Source of the DNA: an uncultured delta proteobacterium
GTDB taxonomy: Bacteria > Desulfobacterota > Binatia > HRBIN30 > BPIQ01
Direction of reading: 5' to 3'
NCBI GenBank assembly: GCA_963761335.1
Contig: CAVXGR010000021.1
Coordinates: forward strand, 192,001-256,000
DNA: 64,000 nt
Shown here piece after piece: positions 46,194 to 55,145 of this stretch; positions within the stretch are counted from its first letter, which is position 1, and each line of letters begins with the position of its first letter. Made by a program: the position numbers and the translations under genes. The notes under the pieces are model-generated. The model made no database searches and was not told where the DNA came from. It saw only the letters and a program-made list of their open reading frames with translations.

Positions 46194-46825
46194 GGTGCCT
46201 GCCCTTCGTCCTCATCCTCGATATGGAGAGTCTGCGCCGCCATCCAGCGCACCTGATTGCGGCGGCGCTCCAGGCGCGCCGCGAAGGAGTTGTCGAGCCG
46301 CAGCCGCCCATCCTCGGTGGCCAGGATGACGCCGCCACCGGGGATGGTGTCGGTCTCGACCCGCAGTTTCCAGCCGCCCTGCTCGAGGTCGCGGCGGTGG
46401 GTCTCGTCGAGGGCGGCGTCGCCGCGTGCCGAGAGCCGCACTCGCACGGCGCCCGGGGGAAACAGCGGCAGCCCCTGGCGCACCAGTGCGGCGAGTGTCT
46501 CCGCCGCCGAAGGCGCGCTTTCAAGCTCCTCCAGGCGCTCGCCGGCGCGCTGCAGAACCGTTTCCAACAGAGCATCGCGCGCCTGCAGCACCAGCACGCG
46601 ACCTTCGGCGTCGGCCACCGCTTCCAGCTCCGCGGCGCGCCGCCGGCCACGTTCCTCGCCCTGTCGCTGCGCCGCCTGGCGGAGCGCTTCGGCCTGGGCG
46701 CGCGCGGCGTCGCCGATGCGCTTCGCACGCTCGCGGCCCTCAGTGGCGACCTCCGCCACCTCGGCATCGCTCTGCGCGCCAATGAGGCGGACGAGGGTGT
46801 CAGCGGTCCAGAGCGTTCCTTCCAT
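46190..46825 (-). CDS. V/A-type ATPase subunit E
   Basis: N-terminal coiled coil; GGVILATEDGRLRLDNSFAARL. Start ATG 46825 or GTG 46834. Confidence 0.85.
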   Translation of the reverse strand: MEGTLWTADTLVRLIGAQSDAEVAEVATEGRERAKRIGDAARAQAEALRQAAQRQGEERGRRRAAELEAVADAEGRVLVLQARDALLETVLQRAGERLEELESAPSAAETLAALVRQGLPLFPPGAVRVRLSARGDAALDETHRRDLEQGGWKLRVETDTIPGGGVILATEDGRLRLDNSFAARLERRRNQVRWMAAQTLHIEDEDEGQAP

Positions 46826-46834
46826 CGTCTCCAC

Positions 46835-47164
46835 CTAGCTGGACAGGCCGAGGACGCGGCGCACGAACTTCTCGGCGCCGGCCTCTCCCCCGGCCTCGCC
46901 GAAGCCGGGAATCTCCAGGATCAGGGGCGCCTCTGGGTCGAGGATCAGCTCGGCGAGGAGATCGCGGATCAGGCGGGCGACACCGCTGGTGATCAGCAGC
47001 AGCGACGGTTGGCGCGCCATGCCGCCGGCGCCGGCAATCTCCTGCCGGTGCCGTTCGAGGGCGGCGCGCGCCGCCCCGGCGTCGGTCGCAACTTCTCCGG
47101 GAATGCCGCCGAGCGACAGGGCCAGGACGGTGTCGCGGTCGCCGATGAGCTGCAGCGGGTTCAT
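46835..47164 (-). CDS. V/A-type ATPase subunit F
   Basis: LIGDRDTVLALSLGGI...PLILEIPG...VRRVLG; ATGA overlap with the K stop. Confidence 0.88.
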   Translation of the reverse strand: MNPLQLIGDRDTVLALSLGGIPGEVATDAGAARAALERHRQEIAGAGGMARQPSLLLITSGVARLIRDLLAELILDPEAPLILEIPGFGEAGGEAGAEKFVRRVLGLSS

Positions 47165-47574
47165 CCGAGTCGCGCCAGGATCATGATCGAGATGATCAGT
47201 CCGTAGATGGCGATGCCCTCGGCGAGGCCGACGAAGATCAGGGCGCGACCGGCGATCTCCGGCCTCTCCCCCATGACCCCGAGTGCGGCGGAACCGACGT
47301 GACCGACGGCATACGCCGCGCCCAGCGCGCCGATCGCCGTGCTTATCGCGGCCGCCATGAAGCCCCACATGCGCACGTCCGCGGGAACTGCCGATGTCGC
47401 CGCCGCCGCGGCTGCCGCCGCCGGCTCGGCGGCGGCCAGTGGTCCGGCGATCGCCAGCAACAACGCCACCACGGCGAGACCGGCGAGACCGAGATTGACG
47501 CCGAGGAGCCAGCGCACAGATCGCCTACCTTTTCTCGCCGGAGTGACCGGCGTCGCCGATGTGGATGACCTCAT
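47161..47574 (-). CDS. V/A-type ATPase proteolipid subunit K (c)
   Basis: GAAYAVG...ERPEIAGRALIFVGLAEGIAIYGLIISIMI; N-terminal hydrophobic extension; AAGGAGG RBS. Confidence 0.93.
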   Translation of the reverse strand: MRSSTSATPVTPARKGRRSVRWLLGVNLGLAGLAVVALLLAIAGPLAAAEPAAAAAAAATSAVPADVRMWGFMAAAISTAIGALGAAYAVGHVGSAALGVMGERPEIAGRALIFVGLAEGIAIYGLIISIMILARLG

Positions 47575-47591
47575 GATTTCACCTCCTTCGT

Positions 47592-49583
47592 CTACGGCCG
47601 CACGGGAGTCGCCGCGCCGAAGGCGAAGGGCCGATACTCCTGGCCGCCGCCGCCGTAGAACTTGCTGAAGAACTCGTAGTACTCGAGCCGCACGGTCTGG
47701 ATCGCCACGATCAGTCCTTCGAGGCCGATGATGACGATGTTGCCCGCGGCGATCACCAGAATGGCGCCGACGCTGCCGGTGAGGCTGTCCGAGCGCACGG
47801 CGTCGGCGACGCTGAAGGTGGCCAGGAAGAGCCCGGCGTGGCTCAGCGCGAAGGCCGCGAGACGGATGAAGGTCGCCGTGTTGGAGATGGCGCTCATCAT
47901 CGTGTCGAGGGTGTCCACCAGTGACTCGACCGCTATCGCTATCACCTCACCGGCGGCCGGCCAGCGGCGTTCGCGGATGGCCGCGGCAATCATCCGCACC
48001 GGCTCCTTGAGCAGGATGAGACTGATCGGTACCGCCAGCCACAGCAGCGCCCTACCCAGCGGCAGCGCCCCGGCACCGCCGGTCTCCCAGCGGATGAGCA
48101 GACCCACCGCCGTCCAGTAGAGCAGTGCCGCCAGCAGGCCGTTGCGTTCCCACAAGGCGGCCGCGTCGCGCCGCCGAGCGGCGTTGATCAGGTTCAGAAT
48201 CAGCCCGAGGCTCAACAGCCCGATGCCGAAAGCGATTGCCGTCTTTACCAGCGTGCCGATGTCGTCCATGGGACGAAGCCAGAGTGCCGGCAACAGCTGC
48301 TCGGAGCCGAAGACGCTGCCGTAGAGAAATCCGAAGGCGGTGGCGAAGACGCCGCACTCCATGAGGATCACGGCGTAGTCGCGGTGGCGAAACATGCGGC
48401 GATAGATGAAGTAGCCGGCGGCGAAGAGCACCAGCCCCTGGCCGACGTCGCCGAACATGAAGCCGAACATCGTCAGAAAGGACAGAGCCACGATCGCCGT
48501 CGGCTCGATCTCGCCGTAACGGGGCAGGCCGTAGTTGCGCACCAAGCCTTCGAAGGGGCGCACCAGCGCCGGGTTGCGGAAGAGGATCGGCACCGGCACG
48601 CGCTCGTTGCGCACTGCCTCCAGCTGATTGGCGTCCTTCCACTCGATCATGCAGCGGTCGCCGCTGGTGTGGCGAACGGCCTGCTCCAGCGCCGCCGAGA
48701 GCACTGCGGGCACCCAGCCGGTGATCAGCGCGGTGCGCTCGGAGCGTCCCATGCGCCCGCAGGCCTGGAGCAGAAGCCGCTCGCGATCCACGGCGTGCCA
48801 GAGCTCTCGCAGCTCGGTGCCGAGGCGCGCTGCCAGGGCCGCCTGTGCGGCGGTGACGCGACGCTGCCCCGCAGCGGCCTCCTCCTGGCGCTGGCGGAGC
48901 TGTGCAGTGATCGCTTCGCCATCGCCGCGGAGCTGCGCCGGGACGTCGACGGGCTCGAGCTGGGCGCTGCGCAGGGCGCGTTCCAGAACCTCTCTCTGAG
49001 CCCGAAGGCAGACGGCGGCGATCAGCACGCGCCCGTCGGCGCGCACCGGCCCGGCCGGGGTGATCACGTGCGGCACGGAAGCGAGACTCTCGTCGAGGCG
49101 GGCGCGGTTCCGCTGCGGCAGAAGTCCGATGAGGACCGAGACGTAGCGCAGATGCCGCAGCTGGTCGAGCGGCAGTCCCGGGGCCAGAGCCTCGACGTGC
49201 TCGCGGAGGTTCTCGATCTGGGTTCTCTCTTCGGCCAACGAGCCGCTCTCCCGGCGCAGGGCCTCGATCTCGGTGGCGATCTCTGCCGCGCGTCTCTCGG
49301 TCTGATCTACGTCCAGGTGGGCTTGCGGCTCGGGCGCCGTCTCCGGCCCCGAGACCTCGATGCCGAGGAAGCGCAGGGACAGCTCGAGCGAGCGCAGCAG
49401 GGATTCGAGGCGTGTCAGGCGATCGCCGATGTCGTAGGGCTGAATCGCCGGCAGAGGATCCGCCGGGGTGCGGACGTCGAGAATATGCAGCACCCCCACC
49501 CGAGCGATCGCCCGGCTGACCGCCTCCAGGTCGCCGGCGAGCACGGCCACGGAGAGATGGCGCATGGGCTCGGGAGTCAGCAC
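47592..49583 (-). CDS. V/A-type ATPase subunit I (a)
   Basis: GWVP, YGLPRYGEIEPT, FGFMFGDVGQG, SNTATFIRLAAFALSH and IQTVRLEYYEFFSKFY. Confidence 0.95.
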   Translation of the reverse strand: MLTPEPMRHLSVAVLAGDLEAVSRAIARVGVLHILDVRTPADPLPAIQPYDIGDRLTRLESLLRSLELSLRFLGIEVSGPETAPEPQAHLDVDQTERRAAEIATEIEALRRESGSLAEERTQIENLREHVEALAPGLPLDQLRHLRYVSVLIGLLPQRNRARLDESLASVPHVITPAGPVRADGRVLIAAVCLRAQREVLERALRSAQLEPVDVPAQLRGDGEAITAQLRQRQEEAAAGQRRVTAAQAALAARLGTELRELWHAVDRERLLLQACGRMGRSERTALITGWVPAVLSAALEQAVRHTSGDRCMIEWKDANQLEAVRNERVPVPILFRNPALVRPFEGLVRNYGLPRYGEIEPTAIVALSFLTMFGFMFGDVGQGLVLFAAGYFIYRRMFRHRDYAVILMECGVFATAFGFLYGSVFGSEQLLPALWLRPMDDIGTLVKTAIAFGIGLLSLGLILNLINAARRRDAAALWERNGLLAALLYWTAVGLLIRWETGGAGALPLGRALLWLAVPISLILLKEPVRMIAAAIRERRWPAAGEVIAIAVESLVDTLDTMMSAISNTATFIRLAAFALSHAGLFLATFSVADAVRSDSLTGSVGAILVIAAGNIVIIGLEGLIVAIQTVRLEYYEFFSKFYGGGGQEYRPFAFGAATPVRP

Positions 49584-49595
49584 GCCAGCTCCTGC

Positions 49596-50618
49596 TCACG
49601 GCCGCCCGCTGGCGACCTGGTCGAGCGCCTCGCCGGCGGCCACGCCGATGCTCTTGGCGGCGAGCAGCACGCGCAGGTCGCGAATCTCGATCTCCTGTGC
49701 CAGCAGGAAAGCGAGCGGGACGCCGATGTGAAACGGATACTGCGCCAGCATTCGCTGAGTCTCGCGCGCCAGAAAGCGCCACAGGGCGGAGGCGGCGGTC
49801 TCGAAGCGGTCGCTCTCGGCGAGCGATGCCAGAGGGGCGTACGGGGTCCGCTCCAGAGCCGACCAACGGTGCGGAGTGCGGGCCAACTCGGCGCGGATCT
49901 CGGCGGAGATCCATCTGCCCTGCCGCACGGTGTAGTTGAGCACTTCTTCCGGCGCCAGCCCGAGCACGTCGCGGTAGCGCGCTATCCACGACAGGTTGAT
50001 CAGATCGAGGAGAATACCGAGGAGATGCCGGGCTCGGACGCGATCCTCCGCCTGCAGGGATTCGATCGCCGCCCAGAGGCGATCCCAGTAGTCGAGCTCG
50101 AGCGCCACCTCCAGCGCGAATGGTCCGGCGCTCTCCAGGCGGTGCATGGAGATGCGCAGGGAGTCGGCATAGGGAGTGTCACCGAGGCGGCGCTGCAGGT
50201 CGCGCAGGTCGGCGGCGTCGAGAAGAGAACGGGCGGCCACCGTGGCGATTGCCGGGGGCGTGTGCAGCCGTCCGGCAACTGTCTCCGGCGCCAATCGCCG
50301 GTAGACGGCGCGGATGACGACGAGCAGGTCGTCGACCTCGTGGTGGAGGAGGTACAGGTGCAGAAGCCGGCGCTCGGGGCCCTCGAGGGTCTCGAGCACC
50401 AGGCGCCCCACCTGAAACAGCCGGTAGAGGAGGGCGGCACCGGGAACCGCGGCCGTAGCCACTCCGGTCGGGTAGGGGGTGCGACCGAGGGCCTCCCACA
50501 TCGCCTCGGGGGAGGGATGGCTGTAGAGGGCTTCCAGCGCCGCGCGGCCGAGGAGCGCGGAGAGCAGGGCGCGCACGCGGGCATTGGCGACCGCATAGCG
50601 GCGCAGATCACCGCGCAT
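49596..50618 (-). CDS. V/A-type ATPase subunit C (d)
   Basis: YAVANARVRALLSALL, TPY repeats, ELDYW and EIEIRDL. Confidence 0.88.
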   Translation of the reverse strand: MRGDLRRYAVANARVRALLSALLGRAALEALYSHPSPEAMWEALGRTPYPTGVATAAVPGAALLYRLFQVGRLVLETLEGPERRLLHLYLLHHEVDDLLVVIRAVYRRLAPETVAGRLHTPPAIATVAARSLLDAADLRDLQRRLGDTPYADSLRISMHRLESAGPFALEVALELDYWDRLWAAIESLQAEDRVRARHLLGILLDLINLSWIARYRDVLGLAPEEVLNYTVRQGRWISAEIRAELARTPHRWSALERTPYAPLASLAESDRFETAASALWRFLARETQRMLAQYPFHIGVPLAFLLAQEIEIRDLRVLLAAKSIGVAAGEALDQVASGRP

Positions 50619-50937
50619 CGTCTTCCTCCGGAGAGAGGATGCACTGCACCACCGCCTCGACGGCGGCGTCGATGTGCGGCTCGGCGCGGGTGCGAATGTC
50701 CGCCGCCCGCCGGCGCGCCTCGGCGAGAGCCCGCTCGGCACGCGTTTGCGCCTCGGCGGCGAGGCGTTCCTCCACGGCGCGCGCCAGCTTCTCTTGGGAG
50801 GCGCGCGCCGTGGCGATCAGACGGGACGCCTCGGTCTCAGCCTCGCGGACCAGCTGCTCGCGTTGATCCTCGGCGGCCTTGTATTGCTGGCGCGCCTCTG
50901 CCTCGGCGGCCAGGATCGTCTGTAGCTGTTGCAGCAC
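50608..50937 (-). CDS. V/A-type ATPase subunit G/H
   Basis: 109-aa Ala/Glu/Arg coiled coil at the head of the operon; LQTILAAEAEA...AVEAVVQCIL. Confidence 0.75.
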   Translation of the reverse strand: MLQQLQTILAAEAEARQQYKAAEDQREQLVREAETEASRLIATARASQEKLARAVEERLAAEAQTRAERALAEARRRAADIRTRAEPHIDAAVEAVVQCILSPEEDDAR

Positions 50938-51093
50938 GGCTCACAGGCTCCTCGCCTGGATACTTCCGCTCTGCAAGGAACGTGCGCACGCCTCCCGCGG
51001 ATGAGAGTGTCGATTTTCTCAGCGGCATTCTCGATCGCGTCGTTCCGGATGGTGATCCCTCTCCCAGCCTCGGGAGGGCGAAGTCACCGGGGG

Positions 51094-51130
51094 GACGGTA
51101 TGAGGACCGGGGATGAGAATGGAGAATGAG
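51094..51130. repeat. Degenerate single arm of the family B element
   Basis: gacggtatgaggaccggggatgagaatggagaatgag resembles the arm gacgggatgagaaccgggaatgagaatgag. Confidence 0.55.
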
Positions 51131-51145
51131 GAGGCTCAGACCCCC

Positions 51146-52642
51146 TCAGGGTGCCTGCCCGGTGTGGCACTCGCTGCACTTCATCACCTGCCAGGCGCCG
51201 CCGATGTCCTCGGGGTGCTGGAACTCGAGTCCCCCGGGCTTGGCGGAGAACGCCTTGTTCCCCGGCGTTCCCTGGGCGACGATTGTGTGGCAGGTGGCGC
51301 AGTCGGTGCTCACCGTCCGCCCGTCGGCGCTCTCATGGGCGCCGTCATGGCAGCGCTCGCAGCCGAGAAAGATGAGATGGCCGACGTTGTTCGGATAGCC
51401 GTCCCAGCGCGCCTTCATCTCCGGGAAGAAGCTGCTCGTGTAGAGTCCCTGGATCTCCCGGGCGGCGCCCTCGATTTCGCCGCCGCGCTGCCGCAGCACG
51501 TCCGGGTAGTTGTCCTGATAGAACTTCTTCACGCCGCTATCGATGGCCGCCAGGGCCTCCGGGGTCGACGAGTAGTCCGCCGACAGCAGCTCGACGCCCG
51601 TCTTCTTGATGAAGGGCAAGCTGGCATCGATGGTGCCCGTCGCCAGTGCCAGATTCATCTGGTAGCTGGGCGAGCGGAAGATGTGGCTCGGCCGGTTGTG
51701 GCAGTCGATGCAGTCCATGACGCGAATCTTTGCCGGGTCGAGATCCTTCTCGGAGAAGTCGCTGGTCTTGTAGACGGTGCTCTTGCCGGTACGGCGCTCG
51801 GAGATGCGCACCCAGGGGATGACCTGCCGATTCTCGTCGGTGGCCAGGTACTCGATGCGGTTGTCGATGTTCATGTGCCAGTGGATGCCCTCGGTCTGCG
51901 CCGACGCCGGACTGCCCCCGCCCGTCTTGATCAGCAGGTCGATCTCCCAGCGCGTGTTCTTCTCGTCGGGGAGAAAGTGGACGAGCTTGCGTTCCGTGGC
52001 CCCGAAGAACTGCTCCGGCCAGTGGCACTCCTCGCAGGTTTCCTGCGCCGGGCGCAGGTTCTCGATGGGGCCGGCGATTGGGCGGGGATACGCGTTGAAG
52101 GTGACGGCATACACCTGGTAGAGGCCCGACAGCTTGGAGCGCACGTACCAGCTGGCTCCCGGACCGACGTGACAGTCGACGCAGCGCACGCGCGCGTGCG
52201 GCGAGTGCTGGTAGGTGGTGAATTCCGGTTGCATGGCGGTATGGCAGAGGCGGCCACAGAAGGCGACCGACTCGGTCGACTCGTACGCCTTGTAGCTGCC
52301 GAAGGCGGTCAGAAAGAGCAGGAAGATGCTGCCCATGACGAAAATGAAGATGGCGCTCTGCTGCTGCGGGTCGTTGAGGTTGAGGACTGGAAAGCGCGGG
52401 ATCGACTCGATTCCCGTGCGCCGGATCCGCCGTCGCTCGAACAGCATGCCGACCGGAATCAACGCCAGCCCGAAGAGCAGCACGGACGGCACGATCATGA
52501 ATATGACGATGCCGGCATACGGGGCGCTCTGGGTGCTGAAGGCCTGGAGCACCAGCAGGAACCCGAAGATCAGCAGGGAGAGGCCGGCGATGGCGGCGCC
52601 GAGATAGGTGGTCGGGTTGTGGACAATCTGCGGAAGCTTCAT
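51146..52642 (-). CDS. NapC/NirT-related heptaheme inner-membrane cytochrome (ImcH-like)
   Basis: Three N-terminal TM helices; TESVAFCGRLCH...M.PE..Y..SPHARVRCVDCHVG...SKLSG NapC signature; one CxxxCH plus six CxxCH. Confidence 0.85.
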   Translation of the reverse strand: MKLPQIVHNPTTYLGAAIAGLSLLIFGFLLVLQAFSTQSAPYAGIVIFMIVPSVLLFGLALIPVGMLFERRRIRRTGIESIPRFPVLNLNDPQQQSAIFIFVMGSIFLLFLTAFGSYKAYESTESVAFCGRLCHTAMQPEFTTYQHSPHARVRCVDCHVGPGASWYVRSKLSGLYQVYAVTFNAYPRPIAGPIENLRPAQETCEECHWPEQFFGATERKLVHFLPDEKNTRWEIDLLIKTGGGSPASAQTEGIHWHMNIDNRIEYLATDENRQVIPWVRISERRTGKSTVYKTSDFSEKDLDPAKIRVMDCIDCHNRPSHIFRSPSYQMNLALATGTIDASLPFIKKTGVELLSADYSSTPEALAAIDSGVKKFYQDNYPDVLRQRGGEIEGAAREIQGLYTSSFFPEMKARWDGYPNNVGHLIFLGCERCHDGAHESADGRTVSTDCATCHTIVAQGTPGNKAFSAKPGGLEFQHPEDIGGAWQVMKCSECHTGQAP

Positions 52643-52708
52643 GGTCGCTTGCCTTTTTGATGACCGGCCGGTTGCGCGAAACTACAGGTCTGGTAAGGGA
52701 GGCGCGCC

Positions 52709-54664
52709 ATGTCGGGGGTCGAACGGTGGGGTCGGCTGCTACTGCTGAGCCTCATGATCGTTTGTGCTTGTGCGGTCGCTGCTGGTGCTGCGGACGAGGA
52801 GCTCGACAGCGAGGCCTGCCTGGCGTGCCACGGTACCGAAGGGTTCACCGGAGCGGAGCAGCAGCCGCTGTTTGTTGACAGCCAGGCGTTTGCGCATTCG
52901 GTTCACGGCGATCTACCGTGCACGACTTGCCATCAGGACGCAACCTCCATTCCCCACGAACCGAAGCTCGCCGCGGTGACGCTGGACACGTGCGCGACCT
53001 GCCACAGTGACGAGGTCGACGCCTACCGCCGCAGCAGTCACGGCAAGGCCCGCGCCAACGGCGAGAAGGAGGCCGCGAGCTGCACCGACTGCCACGGCAA
53101 CGTTCACCGCATCGTCCCTCATACCGATCCGACTTCGGCCGCGCACTGGACGAACCTGGCGAAGACGTGCGCCCACTGCCACGCCAACCTCGATCTGATG
53201 CAGAGGCTGCAGATCCCAGTGGTGCGTCCGGTGGCTGCCTATCTGCAGAGCGTGCACGCGCGTGCCGTCGCCGCCGGCCGGCGCGGCGCCGAGTGCTCCG
53301 ACTGCCACGGCTCGCATCTCATCCTCCCCTCCGTCGATCCGCAGTCGTCAATCTATCGGCGAAATGTTCCCCTTATCTGCGGCGCCTGCCACAAGGAGGT
53401 CCTTGCGAAGTATCAGATGAGCGTGCACGGTCAGGCGCTGGCGCGCGGCGTGACCGATGCGCCGGTGTGCACCGACTGCCACAACGAGCACGGCATTCTC
53501 CCGATTACCGACCCGAAATCCCCGGTGTTCGCCGCTAACGTGCCCAGCGAGACCTGCGGCCGCTGTCACGGCGACGCGCGCATGAACGAGAAGTACGGAA
53601 TTCCCAGCGGCAACTACCTCGCCTTCGAGGACAGCTTCCATGGCCTGGCGTTGCGCGCCGGCAAGCTCAGCGTGGCGAACTGCGCCAGCTGTCACGGCGT
53701 CCATGACATCCTTCCGTCGAGCGATCCGCGCTCGCAGGTGAACCCCCAGCACCTTCCCGAGACCTGCGGAAAGTGCCACCCGGGAGCGGGCGCCAGCTTC
53801 CCGCTCGGCCGCGTGCACGTATCGTCGAGCTGGAAGTCGGGCCCGGCGTCGTGGATCCGGCTGGTCTATCTGCCGCTGATCTTCTTGGTCATCGGTGGCA
53901 TGCTGCTGCACAACTTCGTCGACCTCGGCCGCAAGGCGGTGGAGCCGCCACCGCCGGCGCCGCCGGTGGCGGCCGACGAGCCGGAGCGCATGCCGCGCGT
54001 GCTGCGCTGGCAGCACGGTCTGGTGATGATCACCTTCCCGGTCCTGGTATACAGCGGCTTCGCGCTCGTCTATCCGGAGAGCTGGTGGTCGACGCCGCTG
54101 CTGCACTGGGGCGTCGACGTGCGCGGTCTGACGCACCGGGTGGCCGCGGGCGTTCTGTTGCTGTCGCTGCTCTGGCACGCCGGCACCTTGGTCGCCAACC
54201 GCGGCGTGCGCCGCTGCCTGGGCGGCATGTGGCCGACCTGGGGAGACGTGCGGCAGTTCTGGGGGATGATCGGCTACTACCTCGGTCGCCGCTCGGCACG
54301 TGCTCTGGGCGGCGCCTTCACCTACATCGAGAAGGCCGAGTACTGGGCCTTCGTCTGGGGCATGCTGGTGATGACGCTGAGCGGCGGCCTGCTGTGGTTT
54401 GCCGACTTCTCCCTCCGCTTCCTGCCCAAATGGGTCACCGACGTGGCCACCGCCATCCATTTCTACGAGGCAGTGCTCGCCAGCCTGGCGATTCTCGTGT
54501 GGCACCTCTACTGGGTCATCTTCGATCCCGAGGTGTACCCGATGGACTGGAGCTGGTGGAACGGCCGCTCGCCGGCCAGCCGCGTCCACGAGCGGCACCT
54601 TCCCGAGGGCGGTGCCGAGACCGGCGCCGAGCCGTCGGGCGATGAGAACGCCGACGCCGATTAG
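52709..54664 (+). CDS. Multiheme cytochrome c fused to cytochrome b membrane domain (CbcL-like)
   Basis: Signal peptide; 11 CxxCH with S.HG repeats; TM domain with QHG, THR...WH, EKAEYWA and IHFYEA..A...I.VWH.Y. Confidence 0.87.
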   Translation: MSGVERWGRLLLLSLMIVCACAVAAGAADEELDSEACLACHGTEGFTGAEQQPLFVDSQAFAHSVHGDLPCTTCHQDATSIPHEPKLAAVTLDTCATCHSDEVDAYRRSSHGKARANGEKEAASCTDCHGNVHRIVPHTDPTSAAHWTNLAKTCAHCHANLDLMQRLQIPVVRPVAAYLQSVHARAVAAGRRGAECSDCHGSHLILPSVDPQSSIYRRNVPLICGACHKEVLAKYQMSVHGQALARGVTDAPVCTDCHNEHGILPITDPKSPVFAANVPSETCGRCHGDARMNEKYGIPSGNYLAFEDSFHGLALRAGKLSVANCASCHGVHDILPSSDPRSQVNPQHLPETCGKCHPGAGASFPLGRVHVSSSWKSGPASWIRLVYLPLIFLVIGGMLLHNFVDLGRKAVEPPPPAPPVAADEPERMPRVLRWQHGLVMITFPVLVYSGFALVYPESWWSTPLLHWGVDVRGLTHRVAAGVLLLSLLWHAGTLVANRGVRRCLGGMWPTWGDVRQFWGMIGYYLGRRSARALGGAFTYIEKAEYWAFVWGMLVMTLSGGLLWFADFSLRFLPKWVTDVATAIHFYEAVLASLAILVWHLYWVIFDPEVYPMDWSWWNGRSPASRVHERHLPEGGAETGAEPSGDENADAD

Positions 54665-54680
54665 CTGGAAGGCCCCCTCC

Positions 54681-55145
54681 ATGCAGCAGCCGTTCAAGTG
54701 CGTGATGTTTCCGGTGGATTTCTCCGAGCACTGCGACCGCGCCGCTGCGCACGCGGCCTGGTTCACCCTCTCCAGCGGCGGGATCCTGCATCTGGTGCAC
54801 GTCATCGCCAATCCGGCGGACGAGCTCTATACCCCGGAGGAGGTGCCGCACTGGGTGATGGTGGAGCACGCCGAGAAGAGGGCGCGCGAGATGCTCGAGA
54901 GATCCGCGCAGGAGTGCCTACCGGCCGAGTGCCCGCGGGAGTTTCACGTGCGCTCGGGCGACCCCTACGAGAAGCTCATGGAGGTCGCCGCCTCGCTGTC
55001 GCCGGACCTGATCGTCATGTCGAGCCACGGCCGCGGCGGCGTCGCCCATCTGGTGATGGGCCGCGTCGCCGAGAAGGTCGTGCGCCACGCTCCGTGCCCG
55101 GTGTTCATCGTGCCTCGTCCCCGGCCTACTGCCCCGCCAACGTGA
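54681..55145 (+). CDS. Universal stress protein (USP)
   Basis: VMFPVDFSE, LVHVI, GDP, DLIVMSSHGRGG and MGRVAEKVVRHAPCPV. Confidence 0.92.
   Translation: MQQPFKCVMFPVDFSEHCDRAAAHAAWFTLSSGGILHLVHVIANPADELYTPEEVPHWVMVEHAEKRAREMLERSAQECLPAECPREFHVRSGDPYEKLMEVAASLSPDLIVMSSHGRGGVAHLVMGRVAEKVVRHAPCPVFIVPRPRPTAPPT

Noticed and set aside
50970..50990. Sigma54 promoter for the V-ATPase operon (minus strand GCGCACGTTCCTTGCA)
   Set aside because: The invariant GG at -24 is replaced by CG.
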